Shown here one piece after another: positions 25,386-38,474 of a stretch of 64,000 nt of DNA. A program made the position numbers and the translations under genes. How positions within the stretch are numbered: position 1 is the stretch's first letter; every line of letters begins with the position of its first letter. Origin of the DNA: Haliotis rufescens (Eukaryota); contig NW_025963791.1 of the NCBI RefSeq assembly GCF_023055435.1, positions 11,904,001-11,968,000 of the forward strand, in the 5' to 3' direction. The notes beneath the pieces were generated by a model that did not search any database, was not told where the DNA came from, and was given only the letters and a program-made list of their open reading frames with translations.

Positions 25386-25976
25386 CGGTTGGAAAGCTAT
25401 CTTAAGTCTTTGAGGAATACGATAATTAATCAAACAGTTTTATCTGGAATCTACACAAAGGCCTTGGACTTTGACATTGTCATCGTAGAAATGTTTAGCT
25501 CACATCCGTCCAGTCAAGACTGTCGTTTGATTGATTGAGATCATGCTAAAAGTAGTGAGATTCCGTAAGTGGGTCGGGGCGCACAAAAATTAAATAAGTA
25601 AACAAAATTTAATTAAAAGCAATTTTTTTTATTCAAACAAGTTGACTTTGGTTTAACATGTTTAAAACTACGTAATTGGGGATAAAAACAGGGTACGTCG
25701 GAATAGTGGTTTACATACAAACACTGGCCGGCATATCAGAATAAACTTTGAATTTTGTAGGTTTTCTGCACATGGACTATTCGTATTGAAAATGGGTGCA
25801 TCTCAGTATTGGTTAAGCTGCCTTATCATGGGGTTATCATTATGCGAACCTGCACACACGTGAGAGCAGTCAAGTGTGACTTGTTTTATTATTCCTATAT
25901 TGAGATACCACAAAGCCATAATGAACGAAACTACACCCATATATAAATGAAGTTTGAAGTGTATTCCCATGTTCAA

Positions 25977-26252
25977 GACCCGTGAAGATCCGGGGTAGAA
26001 TAGGTCTTCAGCAACACATGCTTGCCGTAAGAGGTGACTATGCTTGTCGTAAGAGGCGTCTAACGGGATCGGGTGATGAGGCTCGCTTACTTTGTTGATG
26101 CATGTCATCGATCCGAATTGCGTTGATCGATGCTCATGATATTAATTACTAGATTGTCTGGTCCATACTCGATTATTTACAGACCGCCGTCATATAGCTG
26201 GAATATTGCTAAGTGCGGCGTTAAACAACCAACCAACAAACCAACCAACCAA
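25977..26252 (+). mobile_element. SINE-like family A with 11-bp TSD CCCATGTTCAA, in the TLR intron; copy at 35679-35954, 5' stub only at 46326-46361
   Basis: TSD at 25966-25976 and 26253-26263. Confidence 0.9.
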
Positions 26253-26680
26253 CCCATGTTCAAAGGTTCTTTGTCTTGTATGGAACATGATGGCACAAAT
26301 AGCGATATATCTGGCAAAATCTCCAACAAACAAAGCCCACCTGAGTAATATCAGAGATAACGATCCATTGGTATCAAAAGGTATATATATGCCAACCACA
26401 TACATGTATTCCTTGGTTTGGTTCATTATGGCATTCAAAACAAAAATGTGATTTATAATAAATTAAATCTGTTCATGTATATTTTTATGCCGTGATTTAG
26501 GTTATTAATTGTATTAATAAAAGGCTTTGATCAGATACGTTGGACAGTTATATATACTTCATTCAGGAATCAAACTTGAATATTTTAGATTGCTGATATC
26601 TCAAATAATGTCATTGTGGTTTGGATCTGTATGGCTTCATGGTATCCGCTTATCACCTGCATTCAGCACATGAACGTTTG

Positions 26681-26957
26681 GGGGGCACGGGTGGCCCAGT
26701 CGTCTAAGGCGCCGCGATTCGCTGTGCAGAGTTGCGTCCCTTGGGCACGCCAGAAACCTATGATTGTGAGTTCGAATCCCAGTTCGCCCTGATTTTGTTT
26801 CTAGGTTTGTCAGCACCATACATGTGCTCGTGGGTTTCACCGAAGTGGTAAACGTCTTAGACCTGCATCACTTTCCTCCCACATTAAGCTGACACGCCGT
26901 GATATAACTGAAATAATGTTAAAAGCGGCGTTAAACCCAACTCACTCACTCACTCAC
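26681..26957 (+). mobile_element. SINE family B in the TLR intron; paralogous copies 36382-36659 and 46540-46828
   Basis: A and B boxes, tail, flanking CACATGAAC direct repeat. Confidence 0.88.
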
Positions 26958-27486
26958 ATGAACTTGTTATTGGTCAGTTTGTGAAGTATACGATCCCGAT
27001 ACAGTGTAAGGAAAGAGATGTTTGTAATATTGTACTCGGGTCGTATATTCCTACAACTGACTAATAAAAAGTTCCTGTGCACTCAGCATACAATATTTCC
27101 TTGCGCTTTTATGAATGTCAGTGACAAGATGACAAGTGGGAACATAATATTATGCATCCCTCCTTCCTTCCCCCTCCTTGGAAACCTGTATCGGTTCCTA
27201 AAGCGTGAAAGCGGGGCGTGTCAATGCGAGATTGTCATGTTGAAGGAGCAAAGGCGTCGAAGGCGCGAACACAGATGTTTTATTTTTAAAAATTAAAAAT
27301 CTGCACCCACTGTTTTCAGAAAAGCTGTTTCCACCCCTGACATTGTTCGGTAAACTTCTGTTACATTATACATTTCTGTGTGACAGTTTGTAAAATAACG
27401 GATCACTCGTTATCAACGGTACATAATTAGTACACTGGATGCATCGAATCACATCGTATTATTATGAAAAGGAAGCGAGGACTTAC

Positions 27487-27514
27487 TGAAAGCCGCCATG
27501 ATGACACCAGACAT
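27487..27514 (-). CDS. TLR copy A coding exon 1 (MSGVIMAAF + 1 nt)
   Basis: Minus strand reads ATG TCT GGT GTC ATC ATG GCG GCT TTC A|GTAAGT. Phase 1 matches exon 2, which starts AT ACC.., giving the signal peptide MSGVIMAAFNTIHAAIICGIFVLS. Present in all three units. Confidence 0.8.
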
Positions 27515-28396
27515 CCACTCCAAGCACTGGCCAGCGTCGCAAAAGTGATCTCCTCAAACAGTCACTCTTTATGTGATTGTGAGCGCGGCAACCAGAAAGA
27601 GCTGTTATCGGGGGTTTCTGTTTTCTGGTAAACATTTGACATTGTTTATTTCCATAAAAAACACACTGACGGTGGTACAAGGACGTAGATACAAGAAAGT
27701 CATTTGAAGGACAGAGGCATTCGCATGAGTACGTGAGTACACATTAGAATCCTTTAAGTTTCGTGTTAGTTATAAGAATTCATAACACCTTGTATTTTCA
27801 CTGCTGGGGAAAGCTGTTGTCATATCACTGTAATACTGCCAGCGAAACTTTGAAAAGCTGGTCAGTTGGAATATATTATTTTCTTACACGAAAGGACATG
27901 ACTGGTCGAAATGTTTTAATAAGATATGATACGACAATTTCCCTTAGGATAATAAATTAATATTGGATATATCTGTGTATTAACAATTAAACTAATTCAT
28001 AATATCTTTTTACTTTCACTGACGGGGATAGTAGGAGCGTTAGTGTTAAGCGGCCGGCGAAACGGGGAAGAGTTGCTCAGTGGGAATTATTTCCTCAAAC
28101 GCAAGGTCATGGCTAGTCAAATGGTCTACTTTATTTTCAAGCTACAAGGATGTTGTGAAATATGACACGACAATTTTCCTGATTCTAATCTCCCTATATT
28201 TTTCATTTTCGGTTCGTGCAAGGTAAATCGACATTGTATGTGACTGAGACCGGCTATGAGGGACACGGTGACACCTCGTTAGTCCGTACCCTGTGCTTTC
28301 GGGATGATTACCGTTAGGAATGTCTACATTTGTACACAAGGCATATATCCGTGCCAATGATTCGTTTGTGCGAAACGTTGTTAATCCGGACTACTG

Positions 28397-28461
<65 letters not shown>

Positions 28462-28712
28462 GACCCGTGAAGATCTGGGGTAAAATTGGTCTTCAGCAAC
28501 CCATGCTTGCCGTAAATGCTTATCATAAAGAGGCGATTAACTTGGCCGGGTGGTCAGGCTCGCTGACTTGACTGAAGCATGTCATCGATCCCAATTGCGT
28601 AGATCGATGCACATGCCATCATTTACTGGATTGCCTGGTCCAGATTCGATTTTTTACAGACCGCCGTCATATAGCTGGAATATTGCTAAGTGCGGCGTTA
28701 AACAGCAAACAA

Positions 28713-28760
<48 letters not shown>

Positions 28761-31190
28761 GCTACTACTACTATTAATACTATTTATGCGCGTCATTCTG
28801 AATGTTTACTGAAACGTTACCCTTATCAATAAGAAAACTGCATCGAATAAGTTCATTAATTTCCTCGTTTAACTATTATTTTCCTGTAAATATTAAATGA
28901 AGGTGAAGCATCGGCTTTGCCCTCAGGAATTTGCTAGTTCTTGCATGCTAGAATTATTTTCCATTCCACTGTCACATTTGGATCTGCGCACTCTCTCGAA
29001 CTAGGAAGTGATGGACTCCCAGTCCAGTCCCGGCACTCTCTTATTTGATTTATAACTATTTAATCCGGATGTGTCGAATTGCCTGTGGTTTCAAACTCAC
29101 ATGATAGTCACAAGAGTTAAAAATAAACTAAAACTCAGCTTAGCACTGTAAGTTAGAATTTGTATTCCACGACCATAGACAGAAAACGAGTGGANNNNNN
29201 NNNNNNNNNNNNNNNNNNNNNNNNNNNNNNNNNNNNNNNNNNNNNNNNNNNNNNNNNNNNNNNNNNNNNNNNNNNNNNNNNNNNNNNNNNNNNNNNNNNN
29301 NNNNNNNNNNNNNNNNNNNNNNNNNNNNNNNNNNNNNNNNNNNNNNNNNNNNNNNNNNNNNNNNNNNNNNNNNNNNNNNNNNNNNNNNNNNNNNNNNNNN
29401 NNNNNNNNNNNNNNNNNNNNNNNNNNNNNNNNNNNNNNNNNNNNNNNNNNNNNNNNNNNNNNNNNNNNNNNNNNNNNNNNNNNNNNNNNNNNNNNGGTTC
29501 TTGGCCAGGCCAAATGATTGGTACACAATCAACAAGGTCTCTTGGAGTCTGAGCCAGACAGTCTGGTTATTGGCATCATGGACCCATGGATCATGGACCC
29601 GACCACGCGATCCATTTGGTCGCCTCTTACGACAAGCATACGTTCTGCCGGGGTAATGCCACGTATGAGAGAAAATCATTTTCGATTCTATTGAAATGTA
29701 TGTCATGGTGAAAAATCAAACAATGTTTTATTCCTGATATCTATCTTTAATAACAATTGTGCCTACTCATATAACATGGTTTATATTCGACTGATATAAA
29801 ATGATCATGCATACATGTTTCTTTGTACTAGCAAATATATGTTGACGGACTAGACTATCAATCAACATGAACTCCTACATTACAGCAGGTTATGTATACT
29901 ATATATACATCAGTTTGAAGCGAAACATTGTTTATCTCTTTTATGGTCCCATGCACTTATAAAATCAATAATAATTGCTATTACTGACAAAAACATTATA
30001 TACATTGCATTTCAACGTTTCATTTTCCTGTATCTACACAATATACACATATATACACATGTATGTAATAATAAATGCTGTTACTAACAAAACACTTAGA
30101 TTCATAATATGCACTGTATTTCAACGTTTCATTACTATGTATGTACACAATAGGTACACAATATCTTTACTTAATAAACACATTTGACAATATACTGACC
30201 TGACAATTATTGGAGACCCGACTTCTTCTATATTGACGGACCCGACAGTTCAGTTCGCTGTTGGCTGATTACTGATACATTATGTAACTTTCAGAAATGC
30301 AGCCTCTATAATTTTGCTTTTTCTCCAGCGTCTGTCAGAGGAAATACGGTACAGGGAACTGGTGACACAGCACCGATGAAGTGGTAGAAGATTAAACAGA
30401 TGGAGTACATATGTTATAATTTGTAGGCTTATCATCTCGGGAATACGGTTGAAGTGCCCTCTATGCGGTCGTGAACTCCGATCCTATTGGGCACATAAGC
30501 CTTATTCCTCTAGGGATAAGCCTACAACTAAATATCTTAAGTTTATCATTATCGTGTTTCTCATTACCAAAATTTGAAAACCATTTGTGATTTATATTCA
30601 AAGAATTATGTCGCCAAATTGACAGGTCAGATCAAGCTCGGTTTTCGGCTCTGTAAAAATATCAGTGCTAAGATACATTATGCGACTCCGTTTTGCTGTA
30701 AGGAGCTTGAGTTGCAGAGTGAGTGAGTGAGTGAGTTCAGTTTAACGCCACTTTTAACAGTATCTCAGTTATATCGCGGTGTGTCAGCTTAATGTGGGAG
30801 GAAAGCCCGAAGTGATGCAGGTCTAAGACGTTTACCACTTCGGTGAAACCCACGAGCACGGGTATGGTGCTGACAAACCTAGAAACATAATCGGGGCGAA
30901 CCGGGACTCGAACCCACAATCATTGGTTTCTTGCGTGCCCAAGGGACGCAACTCTGCACAGCGAATCGCGGCGCCTTAGACGACTGGGCCACCCGTGCCC
31001 CCCTTGAGTTGCGGAGATTACAAAGATCAGTTGTTGCCATGTTGGTAAAGTATAAGCTTTTTGCTGTTGATTTACGCATCCGTCGGAATGGTTCCAATGG
31101 TTCTATAAACAATACAGTCACCGGAAGGCATCGGATGTCAAATAGATTTCAGTACAATAATGTATCAGATATATGTAATGTTCACTGGTA

Positions 31191-33823
31191 CTATGGAACA
31201 GCCTGCGACGACGAACTGATCGAATTCTGACGATGTGATCGATGTCGCAAGGCCCGCCCTATGTGTTTCCAGAAGATGTGACTGTCAGCTTCACCGTGCG
31301 GGTACTCAATATAGGAATCAGACTGCAGCATATGAAGAAACTCCGGTGGGATATTCTTAGCGGGTACTGACTCATACATGATGATGATGATGATGTCCCT
31401 CCCACTACTGATGCTCTCCATCTGGGCCATGCGCAGTTCGTACGTGCACCAGTAACTGTTGAGAAAGTTCTGGGACAGAACCACCACCGTCTTCCTGCTC
31501 TTCTTGATGGCGCCAACGATGTTTGAAGCAATAGGCTCTCCTGGCATGAAGTCACGGTGGTGGATGTTGAGAGTCATACTGGCATCGTGTTCCAAATGCG
31601 CTCTCATGTCATTAATGACAAACCCTCGGTCTTCATCAGCATAGGAGACAAAGGCGTCGAATGCGAACTGATCTTGCTCTTCTTCAGCGTCGTTGTCCGT
31701 CATGTAACGTAACCTTGCAGCGTAATACAGATACCTTAACTTCCATCTGTACCGATAGACGATTGCAGAAACCATCAGTGCAATAACTGCGACGAAGACG
31801 GATACACATCCTAGAGCGAGTCCGAAGTTGTTTTGACACTCTGCGGTTTGCTCATCTATCAGTTTCGCAAAGTCCGCCTTGTTCAGGATGTTTCTTCTGC
31901 TCGTGTTGGCCAGTAGACAATAGTAGCCATTCATATTATCAGGTGTTATCCCCGAAGTTAGCAGCCATTTGAGAAACGGAAGCTGATTGCAGGAACATGA
32001 TAATGGATTACCTTGAAGATGTAATGTTAAGTTTGGAACCTTCGATTTAATTTCCTTGATATCATCCATGACCTTTCGTGACAACCACGATATTTGGTTG
32101 TGTGAACAGTCTATGACCTGTAGATGAATCAAGTGGTTGATTTTGGCGTTAAAGTTGTACATTCCGTTATTTGACACGTTTAAAATCTGTAAGGAATACA
32201 GATCGCGTAATACATCACCTCTCAGCCCTTTCAAATCATTATTGGAAATAACCAACTCTGTAAGTTGAGTCAGGTTTTTGAATATTTCACCCTTGGTATC
32301 TCTCTGTATCTGCCAACCAAAGAAATTATACGACATGTTCAACGTGCGAAGATTCAAGGAGTTTGCGAGTAATGTAGGAGACATTTTCCTGGCTAGATTA
32401 TTGGATAGATCTATGTATGTAACATTATCTAGCCCTCTTATATATCCATTGTCAAAGATGACAAGATTACTGGACAGATCAAGATAGGATAGATTTGATG
32501 CTTCAAAGCGTATTTTCCCGATCTGGAACGCCATTTGTGTGAAGTTCGACACTATCGTCTTCAGATTCGGCGGGAGTGATAAGTTGAAAAGAGGTGAAAA
32601 ACGATCACTAACTGTCTCTGATTCGTACCAGACACTGCGAGATTGAAGTTCACTTTCAAGAACATCACGTTCGTCTATCTCATCATGGAAACAATACGGT
32701 GTCTCAGACTGGGCACACGTTTGGTCATCGACAGTGTCATCGTTTGGAACATTAATTGGGTATGGTTGTCCACTTAACCAAATTTCCTCGAGTCCCGTGA
32801 GAGAAGCTAAGTCACGTAGATATTGTCCGTAGCTGAATTTATTCCTCTGGGCCGATACGAATCGTAGAGTCTTGGGCAAGAGCTCCAGCGCCTTCATCTC
32901 AATATCTACAATTTCGTTGGAATCAATGTACAGATTTTCTAGGGAGGTGTTGAAGAGGTGAACAACATGTGCCTTGCGAATTACTACACAACTAGTATGC
33001 CTTAACACGATGTGATTGGCTTTCAGGGTTGTGATGTTCGTGAACTGTAGTCCATACGTTCCGATGCCAAATGATTGAAATGTGAGTCTAGAATTACCAG
33101 ATATATCAAGCGTTCTTAGTTTCCTCAGTTGCGAAAAGGTCTCATTTTCAATGTGGATAATAAAACATTTTGATACATCCAAATATTCCAAGAAAACAGT
33201 GTTATTAAATGTAGATGCTGACAGTGTTGTTTGGTTACAAAATCCGTTTTTCCCAGAGGCGGTAAGATGAGTTAGTTTTGTAAGGTTCCTGAAGCCCGGT
33301 CCAAATTCCCCATCTGGAACGCCATTGATGAAGAGAGTTTCCAATGATGTAAGCCGGCTCAGAGCTTCGTCGGGGTATTCAGTCATATTGTAGTTATTCA
33401 GCCAGAGCGTTTTAAGGTTGTGTAACCCTCTGAACGAATTTATCGTTAATACAGATGGCTCGATAATACTGTGGGATAAATTAAGGACTCTCAAACTGCT
33501 CATGTTTTCAAAACCATCTTCCTCGATGGCGTTTACGACATTGTAGGACAGGTCAAGATGCGTCAAATTCCGAAATCTTGCAAATTCAAAGTTGTTTATG
33601 CATGATAAATTGTTGTGGTCGAGGAGAAGAATGTTGACTCCATCTGGAATTGTAACGTTTGACAGAGACGTTAGATGTAGAGAGCTGCAGTTGACTAATT
33701 TGTTGTCATGACTGACATTACATCTTGGCCGGTCAACATTGCTGCTGCCACTTCCCGTGGCCTTGACATTCTGGTTCTCTGAGAGAACGAAAATTCCGCA
33801 GATAATGGCAGCATGGATGGTAT
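31191..33823 (-). CDS. Toll-like receptor subtype 2, copy B, exon 2
   Basis: Same length (2633 nt) and acceptor as copy A; open frame; about 97% aa identical to A; 1 aa different from C in the ORF-track translation. Confidence 0.93.
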
Positions 33824-36800
33824 CTGAAATTAGGGTTATAAAAGATGATTATTGACGTTACCAATTAATAATTCGCACGGAAAGCAGAAATTCAGGACTG
33901 ACGTGGTCCTGAGTAATGAGTTTATATTGCTTATGGAATTACTTACTATAATTATTTATTAAGTTATCNNNNNNNNNNNNNNNNNNNNNNNNNNNNNNNN
34001 NNNNNNNNNNNNNNNNNNNNNNNNNNNNNNNNNNNNNNNNNNNNNNNNNNNNNNNNNNNNNNNNNNNNNNNNNNNNNNNNNNNNNNNNNNNNNNNNNNNN
34101 NNNNNGGCATGTCATTACAGATTCCCTATAGAAGTAATGAAAGAATCTGATGGTCCTTAACTTCATTTGAGGAGCACATATGGAAATATATTTTGGAAAA
34201 CTGTAATGTTGGAATTAGGGTTCAATAGTAAAAGGTTTAGTTGCTTGCAGCTCGTTTGCGATATAAATAATGTGAGCTAAAGAAACTATTGTTTGACGAG
34301 CAATCATACTTATGAATGTTATGATGTAATATGCTTTTCCTGAATGGGGATGTACAATGCTTAACACAACCACGTCTGCCCTGTTTCTAGTGCATTTATT
34401 TCCTCCTAGTACCCTGAAGTGATCGTGAACTGTATACGTAGATGTCGTACCCCTGTTTCCAGTGCATTTATTTCCTAATAAACTAGTACCTTGAAGTGAT
34501 CATGAACTGTACACGTAGATGTCATACCCCTGGTTCCAGTGCATTTATTTCCTAATAAACTAGTACCTTGAAGTGATCATGAACTGTATACGTAGATGAC
34601 GTATCCCTGGTTCTAGTGCATTTATTTCCTAATAAACTAGTACATGTACCGTGAAGTGATCATGAGCTGTATACGTAGATGACGTACCCCTGATTCTAGT
34701 GCATTTATTCCCAAATAAACTAGTACCTTGAAGTGATCATGAGCTGTAGATGGCATACCCTGTTTTTAGTGCATATATTTAAAAAATATCTAGTACCTTG
34801 AAGTGATCATGAGCGGTATACGTAGATGTCGTACCCCTGTTTCTTGTGCATATATTTCCGAATTAACTACCTTGAAGTGATCACGAGCTGTAGATGGCGT
34901 GCTCCTGTTTCTAGTGTATTTATCCCTTAATAGTTTTAGAGAGCTGATTGATGCAGAGATAGCAGAGCTGTTGAAGGACAATGTCCACTTGCACAAAGCG
35001 ATCTTAGCGCTACGACTATCGTAAGCCTATGTTATAGTATGGGAGTTACGATCATCTTAGCAATAAGATCGTTTTGTGCAAGTGGGCCGGTTGGAAAGCT
35101 ATCTTAAGTGTTTGAGGAATACGATAATTAATCAAACAGTTTTATCTGGAATCTACACAAAGGCCTTGGACTTTGTCATTGTCATCGTAGAAATGTTAAG
35201 CTCACATCCGTCCAGTCAAGACTGTCGTTTGATTGATTGAGATCATGCTAAAAGTAGTGAGATTCCGTAAGTGGGTCGGGGCGCACAAAAATTAAATAAG
35301 TAAACAAAATTTAATTAAAAGCAATTTTTTTTATTCAAACAAGTTGACTTTGGTTTAACATGTTTAAAACTACGTAATTGGGGATAAAAACAGGGTACGT
35401 CGGAATAGTGGTTTACATACAAACACTGGCCGGCATATCAGAATAAACTTTGAATTTTGTAGGTTTTCTGCACATGGACTATTCGTATTGAAAATGGGTG
35501 CATCTCAGTATTGGTTAAGCTGCGTTATCATGGGGTTATCATTATGCGAACCTGCACACACGTGAGAGCAGTCAAGTGTGACTTGTTTTATTATTCCTAT
35601 ATTGAGATACCACAAAGCCATAATGAACGAAACTACACCCATATATAAATGAAGTTTGAAGTGTATTCCCATGTTCAAGACCCGTGAAGATCCGGGGTAG
35701 AATAGGTCTTCAGCAACACATGCTTGCCGTAAGAGGTGACTATGCTTGTCGTAAGAGGCGTCTAACGGGATCGGGTGATGAGGCTCGCTTACTTTGTTGA
35801 TGCATGTCATCGATCCGAATTGCGTGGATCGATGCTCATGATATTAATCACTAGATTGTCTGGTCCATACTCGATTATTTACAGACCGCCGTCATATAGC
35901 TGGAATATTGCTAGGTGCGGCGTTAAACAACCAACCAACAAACCAACCAACCAACCCATGTTCAAAGGTTCTTTGTCTTGTATGGAACATGATGGCACAA
36001 ATAGCGATATATCTGGCAAAATCTCCAACAAACAAAGCCCACCTGAGTAATATCAGAGATAACGATCCATTGGTATCAAAAGGTATATATATGCCAACCA
36101 CATACATGTATTCCTTGGTTTGGTTCATTATGGCATTCAAAACAAAAATGTCATTTATAATAAATTAAATCTGTTCATGTATATTTTTATGCCGTGATTT
36201 AGGTTATTAATTGTATTAATAAAAGGCTTTGATCAGATACGTTGGACAGTTATATATACTTCATTCAGGAATCAAACTTGAATATTTGAGATTGCTGATA
36301 TCTCAAATAATGTCATTGTGGTTTGGATCTGTATGGCTTCATGGTATCCGCTTATCACCTGCATTCAGCACATGAACGTTTGGGGGGCACGGGTGGCCCA
36401 GTCGTCTAAGGCGCCGCGATTCGCTGTGCAGAGTTGCGTCCCTTGGGCACGCCAGAAACCTATGATTGTGAGTTCGAATCCCAGTTCGCCCCGATTTTGT
36501 TTCTAGGTTTGTCAGCACCATACATGTGCTCGTGGGTTTCACCGAAGTGGTAAACGTCTTAGACCTGCATCACTTTCCTCCCACATTAAGCTGACACGCC
36601 GTGATATAACTGAAATAATGTTAAAAGCGGCGTTAAACCCAACTCACTCACTCACTCACATGAACTTGTTATTGGTCAGTTTGTGAAGTATACGATCCCG
36701 ATACAGTGTAAGGAAAGAGATGTTTGTAATATTGTACTCGGGTCGTATATTCCTACAACTGACTAATAAAAAGTTCCTGTGCACTCAGCATACAATATTT

Positions 36801-37188
36801 CCTTGCGCTTTTATGAATGTCAGTGACAAGATGACAAGTGGGAACATAATATTATGCATCCCTCCTTCCTTCCCCCTCCTTGGAAACCTGTATCGGTTCC
36901 TAAAGCGTGAAAGCGGGGCGTGTCAATGCGAGATTGTCATGTTGAAGGAGCAAAGGCGTCGAAGGCGCGAACACAGATGTTTTATTTTTAAAAATTAAAA
37001 ATCTGCACCCACTGTTTTCAGAAAAGCTGTTTCCACCCCTGACATTGTTCGGTAAACTTCTGTTACATTATACATTTCTGTGTGACAGTTTGTAAAATAA
37101 CGGATCACTCGTTATCAACGGTACATAATTAGTACACAGGATGCATCGAATCACATCGTATTATTATGAAAAGGAAGCGAGGACTTAC

Positions 37189-37216
37189 TGAAAGCCGCCA
37201 TGATGACACCAGACAT
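37189..37216 (-). CDS. TLR copy B coding exon 1
   Basis: Identical ATG..TTC A|GTAAGT micro-exon. Confidence 0.8.
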
Positions 37217-38098
37217 CCACTCCAAGCACTGGCCAGCGTCGCAAAAGTGATCTCCTCAAACAGTCACTCTTTATGTGATCGTGAGCGCGGCAACCAGAAA
37301 GAGCTGTTATCGGGGGTTTCTGTTTTCTGGTAAACATTTGACATTGTTTATTTCCATAAAAAACACACTGACGGTGGTACAAGGACGTAGATACAAGAAA
37401 GTCATTTGAAGGACAGAGGCATTCGCATGAGTACGTGAGTACACATTAGAATCCTTTAAGTTTCGTGTTAGTTATAAGAATTCATAACACCTTGTATTTT
37501 CACTGCTGGGGAAAGCTGTTGTCATATCACTGTAATACTGCCAGCGAAACTTTGAAAAGCTGGTCAGTTGGAATATATTATTTTCTTACACGAAAGGACA
37601 TGACTGGTCGAAATGTTTTAATAAGATATGATACGACAATTTCCCTTAGGATAATAAATTAATATTGGATATATCTGTGTATTAACAATTAAACTAATTC
37701 ATAATATCTTTTTACTTTCACTGACGGGGATAGTAGGAGCGTTAGTGTTAAGCGGCCGGCGAAACGGGGAAGAGTTGCTCAGTGGGAATTATTTCCTCAA
37801 ACGCAAGGTCATGGCTAGTCAAATGGTCTACTTTATTTTCAAGCTACAAGGATAATGTGAAATATGACACGACAATTTTCCTGATTCTAATCTCCCTATA
37901 TTTTTCATTTTCGGTTCGTGCAAGGTAAATCGACATTGTATGTGACTGAGACCGGCTATGAGGGACACGGTGACACCTCGTTAGTCCGTACCCTGTGCTT
38001 TCGGGATGATTACCGTTAGGAATGTCTACATTTGTACACAAGGCATATATCCGTGCCAATGATTCGTTTGTGCGAAACGTTGTTAATCCGGACTACTG

Positions 38099-38175
<77 letters not shown>

Positions 38176-38426
38176 GACCCGTGAAGATCTGGGGTAAAAT
38201 TGGTCTTCAGCAACCCATGCTTGCCGTAAATGCTTATCATAAAGAGGCGATTAACTTGGCCGGGTGGTCAGGCTCGCTGACTTGACTGAAGCATGTCATC
38301 GATCCCAATTGCGTAGATCGATGCACATGCCATCATTTACTGGATTGCCTGGTCCAGATTCGATTTTTTACAGACCGCCGTCATATAGCTGGAATATTGC
38401 TAAGTGCGGCGTTAAACAGCAAACAA

Positions 38427-38474
<48 letters not shown>

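Noticed and set aside
25977-26075. Canonical HDV-like or hammerhead ribozyme in the family A head
   Set aside because: No P3/L3 in the HDV order and no CUGANGA/GAAA core; kept only as an unclassified structured-RNA hypothesis.
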